From positions 3,829,319 to 3,893,318 of the forward strand of contig OZ244235.1 of NCBI GenBank assembly GCA_965217095.1: a stretch of 64,000 nucleotides of DNA. The letters run 5' to 3'. This document shows, piece by piece, positions 59,501 to 64,000 of this stretch. The DNA comes from Candidatus Latescibacterota bacterium. GTDB taxonomy: Bacteria > Latescibacterota > UBA2968 > UBA8231. Each line of letters starts with the position of its first letter. Within the stretch, counting starts at the first letter, position 1. The notes beneath the pieces were generated by a model, which was not told the origin of the DNA, ran no database searches, and saw only the letters and a list, made by a program, of their open reading frames with translations. Made by a program: the position numbers and the translations under genes.

Positions 59501-60985
59501 TCTGCGTTCCAGCGGTGGGATCGCTCAACAGCTCGATCAGGAGTGAGCCGAGGAAATTCGTCTGCTCTTCGAGCTGCTCCACATCGACCAGGTGCGGTAG
59601 ATCCAACGGCGAGTCGAAAGCATTCCTAATGTCTCCGGCAGTGACAAAGGTCAAGCCCAAAAAGCCGGCGAGGTTTGCCACCGCACCCTGCACCGGAATC
59701 TGTTCTGGTACGGCTCCAAGCAGCACCCGTTCACGGAGCGGTTTTAGCTCGCCGCCCAGGATCAACCGGCCCTGGCGCCGTTCGCGTTCGTAATGGTGGG
59801 CGAAGCGCTCGATGGCTTCGTAGATGGGCGGCCGGATCTTGCGCACCCTGTAGGGTGATCCGGCTTGTATCAGACCGATCCTACTGCCATGGCTGCTGAG
59901 ATCGAGGCCCACGTAATAAGCCAGCTCGAGGTCGTCGAACCCATCGCCGAGGGCGGACAATCCCCCGCGACGCACGGCGCCGACCAGATCGCGCATGCCC
60001 GCAAGGCTTTGAAAATGGCCTGGCGTGGCGGCGAGAATGACGGTGCGCGGCAGACGCTCGTCTTGCAGTAGCCTGGCGATCTCGAGCCATGCGGCCACCC
60101 CGGAAGCCTGTTCCGCGCCCGGAGAAATAGCCGGAATGGGGGAGATGGCGTCGTAATAGCAGCCCACCATCACCGCCTCGTGGCGCAGTTGCGGATCGGT
60201 GCCTGGAAGTACGGCGATCACCGTCGTCGCCGGGGTTTCCTGCCACGTCATCCTTCCCTGCAGCCGAGCCCGAGCAGCACCCTGTTTGGCCAGGTCTCGC
60301 AGTCGGATGGCCTCTTTTCCCGCCGCGTAGAATCGGGGCAGATCCGCGGGCGTGGTCAGAAACTTCAACGCCCCTTCCTTGCGGTGAGTGCGGGATGGCT
60401 GCAGGAAGATGACCGCCCGGGCGCCGAGATCGAAGACCGAGACCCAATTGGATCCACAGTTGTATTCGAGCACGAGAATCGCGTCGTCGATGGGCAAGCC
60501 GTCCAGCTCTCCCTGGCGGGCGTGACCGCCGTAGAGCAAGCGAGCTTCGATGCCGGTCGGCGGCAGGGTAGAGGTCCGGGCGATATTTGGCCAGACGTGG
60601 TAGAGCTGGATGCGGTTTGCCGTCCACTGACGATCCGCCGTGGAATCGTGTTTGCCGGAAGGAGATGCGAGCTCGAGATAAGCCCCTTGATCCACAGGCA
60701 CCGGGACCGTAAAGCTGCGGCGACGGATGTCGATTATGCCGGCGGCGGCCAACTGGTTTTCCAAGTATTCGGCAGCCCACACAGCGCCGGGATATCCGGT
60801 GGTTCTAGAGCCGTGGGTGGAGAGGGACCGGATGTGATCGCCAAGCGACCCACCCCATACCGGCGGCACGAAAGCGGCGGCCACTAACCCTGCAATAGCC
60901 GCCAGAAGGAACCCCAACTCTTGACAGTTTGGCCTGCCAAAGGCGAAGTGCCAAAGGCGAAGTTTTTATTCGACTTACAGCTCAT
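56536..60985 (-). pseudogene. PA/M28-peptidase-like + FtsX/MacB-type permease fusion (about 1480 aa), frameshifted
   Basis: M28-like N-part (SR.TGYPG, YYDA..PGAEQASG); FtsX parts (RRRPMRTALT, NTMLGSVHER..IG); 1-nt deletion at 58631-58633 and 14-bp duplication at 60935-60962. Confidence 0.8.
60935..60962. repeat. perfect 14-bp tandem duplication
   Basis: TGCCAAAGGCGAAG x2. Confidence 0.95.
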
Positions 60986-61034
60986 GCGAAGAAACCGCAG
61001 GCGTTTGGTGTCCTGTACAGTGTAGCAGTATCCT

Positions 61035-61622
61035 ATGAAGCTTCTCAGTTCTGGAGAAAACCAACGCATTCAGCGCATCGTCGACGGCGACGAACTGGCT
61101 TATCAGTCGCTTATCCGCGACTACTACTCGCTGGCCTACAACCTGGCGTGCAAGATGCTCAACAATCGTCAGGATGCCGAGGAAGTGGTCCAGGATGCGT
61201 TTGTCAAGATTCGCGAGGCCCTGGACAGCTTCCGGGGCGACGCGTCGCTGAAAACGTGGATCCTGCGCATTGTCATGCGGCTGAGCCTGAACCGCCGCCG
61301 CGATCGCTCCCGCAGCTCGTGGAACCGCATGGGTCTTCACAAAATGGCAGCGGTGGGGGAGGAGGAAGCAGCCGATTCGCCGATGGTGCAGCAGAGCCCC
61401 GAGGCGGAGTTGATTTCGCGGGAGACAGGAGGGCGCGTTCTGGCATTGATCGATGAGCTACCCGAGCCGTTGCGTCAGGCGCTTGTTCTAAACAGCATTG
61501 ACGAGTTGTCGTACGAAGAGATCGGCCGCATTTTGCGAATCCCGCTGGGAACTGTCAGCTCGCGCATCTACGCGGGCCGCAAAAAACTGGCTAAGAAACT
61601 GCAGGAACATGATCTACTCTAA
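61035..61622 (+). CDS. ECF sigma factor
   Basis: DAEEVVQDAF, FRGDASLKTW, SYEEI...GTVSSRI. Confidence 0.93.
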   Translation: MKLLSSGENQRIQRIVDGDELAYQSLIRDYYSLAYNLACKMLNNRQDAEEVVQDAFVKIREALDSFRGDASLKTWILRIVMRLSLNRRRDRSRSSWNRMGLHKMAAVGEEEAADSPMVQQSPEAELISRETGGRVLALIDELPEPLRQALVLNSIDELSYEEIGRILRIPLGTVSSRIYAGRKKLAKKLQEHDLL

Positions 61623-61715
61623 CGATTTTTGCGTTGGGTCGCGAGTTGAGGCGGAGCGATTGCTCACCCGAGGAGCACCCGGCAGCACACTTGCAAGGAC
61701 ACCCGGAGGGAATCG

Positions 61716-62072
61716 ATGAAACTGCCGTGGCGAAGAGATGCGGATGGGCACAGAATCTCCGCTTATTTGGACGGCGAGCTAGACCAGACGGAAGAGCTCG
61801 AACTTGCGGATCGGTTGGTATTCGACCAGAACCTGCGAGAGAGAATGGCTGACGTCAGACAGGTGGACGCGATGGCGATCGCGGCCCTTTCCGTCGATCC
61901 AGTACCTGACCCAGCAGCGACAGCCGAGAGACTGGTAGCGGAGATCGACACGTCGCCGGTGACACCTTCGGCGTCGGCCCGCAACCTCAAACCTGCCCTT
62001 TACGCCTCCGTCGGCATTTTGCTCACGGTAGGAATCACCTTCGTCGGCTTGAGGCGACGGGGATTGGTTTGA
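61716..62072 (+). CDS. putative anti-sigma factor
   Basis: ISAYLDGEL N-terminus, C-terminal TM helix, follows ECF gene. Confidence 0.75.
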   Translation: MKLPWRRDADGHRISAYLDGELDQTEELELADRLVFDQNLRERMADVRQVDAMAIAALSVDPVPDPAATAERLVAEIDTSPVTPSASARNLKPALYASVGILLTVGITFVGLRRRGLV

Positions 62073-62085
62073 TCGGACGATTGCC

Positions 62086-62976
62086 ATGAGCTGGTTCGAA
62101 CGTATGAAGAAGGGATTCCAGACGCGGATCCGACGCGATTTGTCGGAGAGCATCTGGAGCAAATGTCCCGACTGTGGTCACGCCACCTACAACTACGCTC
62201 TGGAGCGCGGTTTTTGGATCTGTCCTGATTGCGGCCACCATATGCACATCGGGCACCAGGAGTACACCGAGATCCTGGTGGACGACGGCAGCTTCGCAGA
62301 ACTCGATGCGGAGATAACCGCGGCGGATCCCCTCAAATTCAAAGACGACAAGCGTTACGTCGACAAGCTAAAGGCGAGCAGAAAAGCAAGCGAACTGAAC
62401 GAGGCAATCTATACGGGGACCGCGCGGATCGGAGGGCACCCGGTCGCCCTGGGCGTAATGGACACCCGTTTTATCATGGGCAGCTTGGGGGGAGCAACCG
62501 GTGAAAAGATCGCCCGCTTGATCGACCGCGCCATCGCCGACCGTCGGACCCTGATTCTGATCTGCCAATCCGGCGGCGCACGAATGCAGGAAAGCGCGTA
62601 TTCCCTGATGCAGATGGCGAAGGTGAGCGCCAAACTCAATCAGCTTTCGCAAGCGGGGCTTCTCTACATCGCCCTGCTGACCGATCCCACCTATGGAGGA
62701 GTCAGCGCCAGCTTCGGCATGCTCGGCGACCTGATCATCGCCGAGCCTCGTGCGCGTGTCGGTTTCGCCGGCCAATCGGTGATCAAACAGTTCCTGGCCA
62801 CCGACGAACTGCCCAACGGATTCCAGATGGCGGAAACCGTACTGGAACACGGTTTCGTCGACTGCATTGTGTCTCGCGAGGAGATGGCCGCCACCTTGAC
62901 GCGGTTGATCGCGATGCTTGCCCCCGCTGCAGACCTCCGCGCCCAAAAGGATTTTGAGACGGCGCTGGCGGTGTAG
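62086..62976 (+). CDS. accD: acetyl-CoA carboxylase carboxyltransferase beta
   Basis: C4 Zn finger, SGGARMQE, PTYGGVSAS, GFAG. Confidence 0.95.
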   Translation: MSWFERMKKGFQTRIRRDLSESIWSKCPDCGHATYNYALERGFWICPDCGHHMHIGHQEYTEILVDDGSFAELDAEITAADPLKFKDDKRYVDKLKASRKASELNEAIYTGTARIGGHPVALGVMDTRFIMGSLGGATGEKIARLIDRAIADRRTLILICQSGGARMQESAYSLMQMAKVSAKLNQLSQAGLLYIALLTDPTYGGVSASFGMLGDLIIAEPRARVGFAGQSVIKQFLATDELPNGFQMAETVLEHGFVDCIVSREEMAATLTRLIAMLAPAADLRAQKDFETALAV

Positions 62977-63015
62977 GCCCGCGTTCAAGAAAAAGGAAAC
63001 TTCTCACTCTTTCGA

Positions 63016-64000
63016 TCAAAAGACGTTGCGGTACTTCAATCCGAAGTAGCGCTGCTCCCTTGAGCTGCCGAAGTCTACCCTGACGACAAAATCGGAGTTC
63101 CAGTAAAGCCGCAAGCCCGCTCCCGCGGTTGCGTGAAATCCCGACAGACCGAACTGGTCCAGATTGCGCCACACCCTACCGGTGTCAAAAAACGATGCTA
63201 CGTGCCACTCCAGGTACTGTTTCAAGACCCGGTAGGTTGAGATGTGGTAGCGGAACTCGGTGTTCGTAAAGAAGCGGACGTCGTCGGTAAATCTTTGCCG
63301 GTCAAACCCGCGGAGAGAATCGCTACCCCCCAGGCCCTTGATCCGTCGACTACCGCCGATCTGACCATAGGCGTAGAGCGGGACCGAACCATCCAGGGCC
63401 TCGAACACGGTCCGGTGTGCCAGGTTGACCCGGCTAGTGAGCCGTCTGTAACGGGCATCGGTGAAAGTGTAGCGCCGAAAATCGATGTCCTCGAAGCTGG
63501 GGTGGAGCGCCAGGAGAGAATTCTTGGAGGTTTCATACGACCATTCGTGAAACGTGCCAGAGCGCGCGATCACCACATCATCCCTGCTATCCCATTGCAA
63601 GGTGAAGCTCACGAATCCGGTCCACCCGTCTGTCACGTCGTCCGGGAACCCTTCGTCAACCAGGATGGATCGATCCCCGCGCGTGGCGACACTGGTGTTT
63701 TCCAACCCGAAACCGACCAACATGGAGACCGGACCTTCGATTTCGCGTAAGAGACTGAATATGAAACGCGGCGTTTCGAGGACATAATAGTAATAGTTCT
63801 CATCACGATATTCGGGATTGTCCTCGTCCTCGGTATACGCTTTCACGAATTTGCTGTTGTTGCCCAGACCGTAATATCGAGTGCGAATATCCTTTCGGGT
63901 ACCGGCAAGAAGCCGCACGCCGAACCCGGTGCCTTTGATGCGCGGCACCTTTAGCCGCACCGAGTATCTGGCACCTCCTTCGTCGGAGCGCAATGTGTTG
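63016..64000 (-). CDS. Omp85/BamA-TamA family outer membrane protein, partial
   Basis: LRGFDRQRF, FFDTGRVW, GAGLR, terminal Phe. Confidence 0.85.
   Translation of the reverse strand, partial: NTLRSDEGGARYSVRLKVPRIKGTGFGVRLLAGTRKDIRTRYYGLGNNSKFVKAYTEDEDNPEYRDENYYYYVLETPRFIFSLLREIEGPVSMLVGFGLENTSVATRGDRSILVDEGFPDDVTDGWTGFVSFTLQWDSRDDVVIARSGTFHEWSYETSKNSLLALHPSFEDIDFRRYTFTDARYRRLTSRVNLAHRTVFEALDGSVPLYAYGQIGGSRRIKGLGGSDSLRGFDRQRFTDDVRFFTNTEFRYHISTYRVLKQYLEWHVASFFDTGRVWRNLDQFGLSGFHATAGAGLRLYWNSDFVVRVDFGSSREQRYFGLKYRNVF

Overview
GC-rich bacterial window from a diderm (TonB/ExbBD and Omp85 present). The many PhyH dioxygenases and sulfatases suggest a Latescibacterota/Poribacteria-like marine or host-associated heterotroph, which is inference only. 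The left half (1-32.8 kb) lies downstream of a tRNA-Cys/tRNA-Leu pair and is an accessory catabolic mosaic: 5 PhyH dioxygenases, 2 arylsulfatases, amidohydrolases, VOC/GNAT proteins, GGT, UxuA, beta-propellers, and HigBA and VapBC modules. It carries many frameshifts, nonsense codons and deletion scars. The right half is mostly intact core genes (thyA, pheA, hslUV, xerC, topA, map, nrdJ with NrdR boxes, nrdR, tonB-exbDD-exbB, ECF sigma/anti-sigma, accD, Omp85). It also holds an uncharacterised membrane operon: a degenerate M28 peptidase fused to an FtsX-type permease, followed by two OPT-like membrane proteins. This operon has three lesions: a 14-bp duplication, a 1-nt frameshift, and a cargo-carrying IS1595 element. 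The element has 28-bp TIRs, an 8-bp TSD, inward promoters at both ends and a structured leader RNA. No CRISPR array or rRNA was seen.
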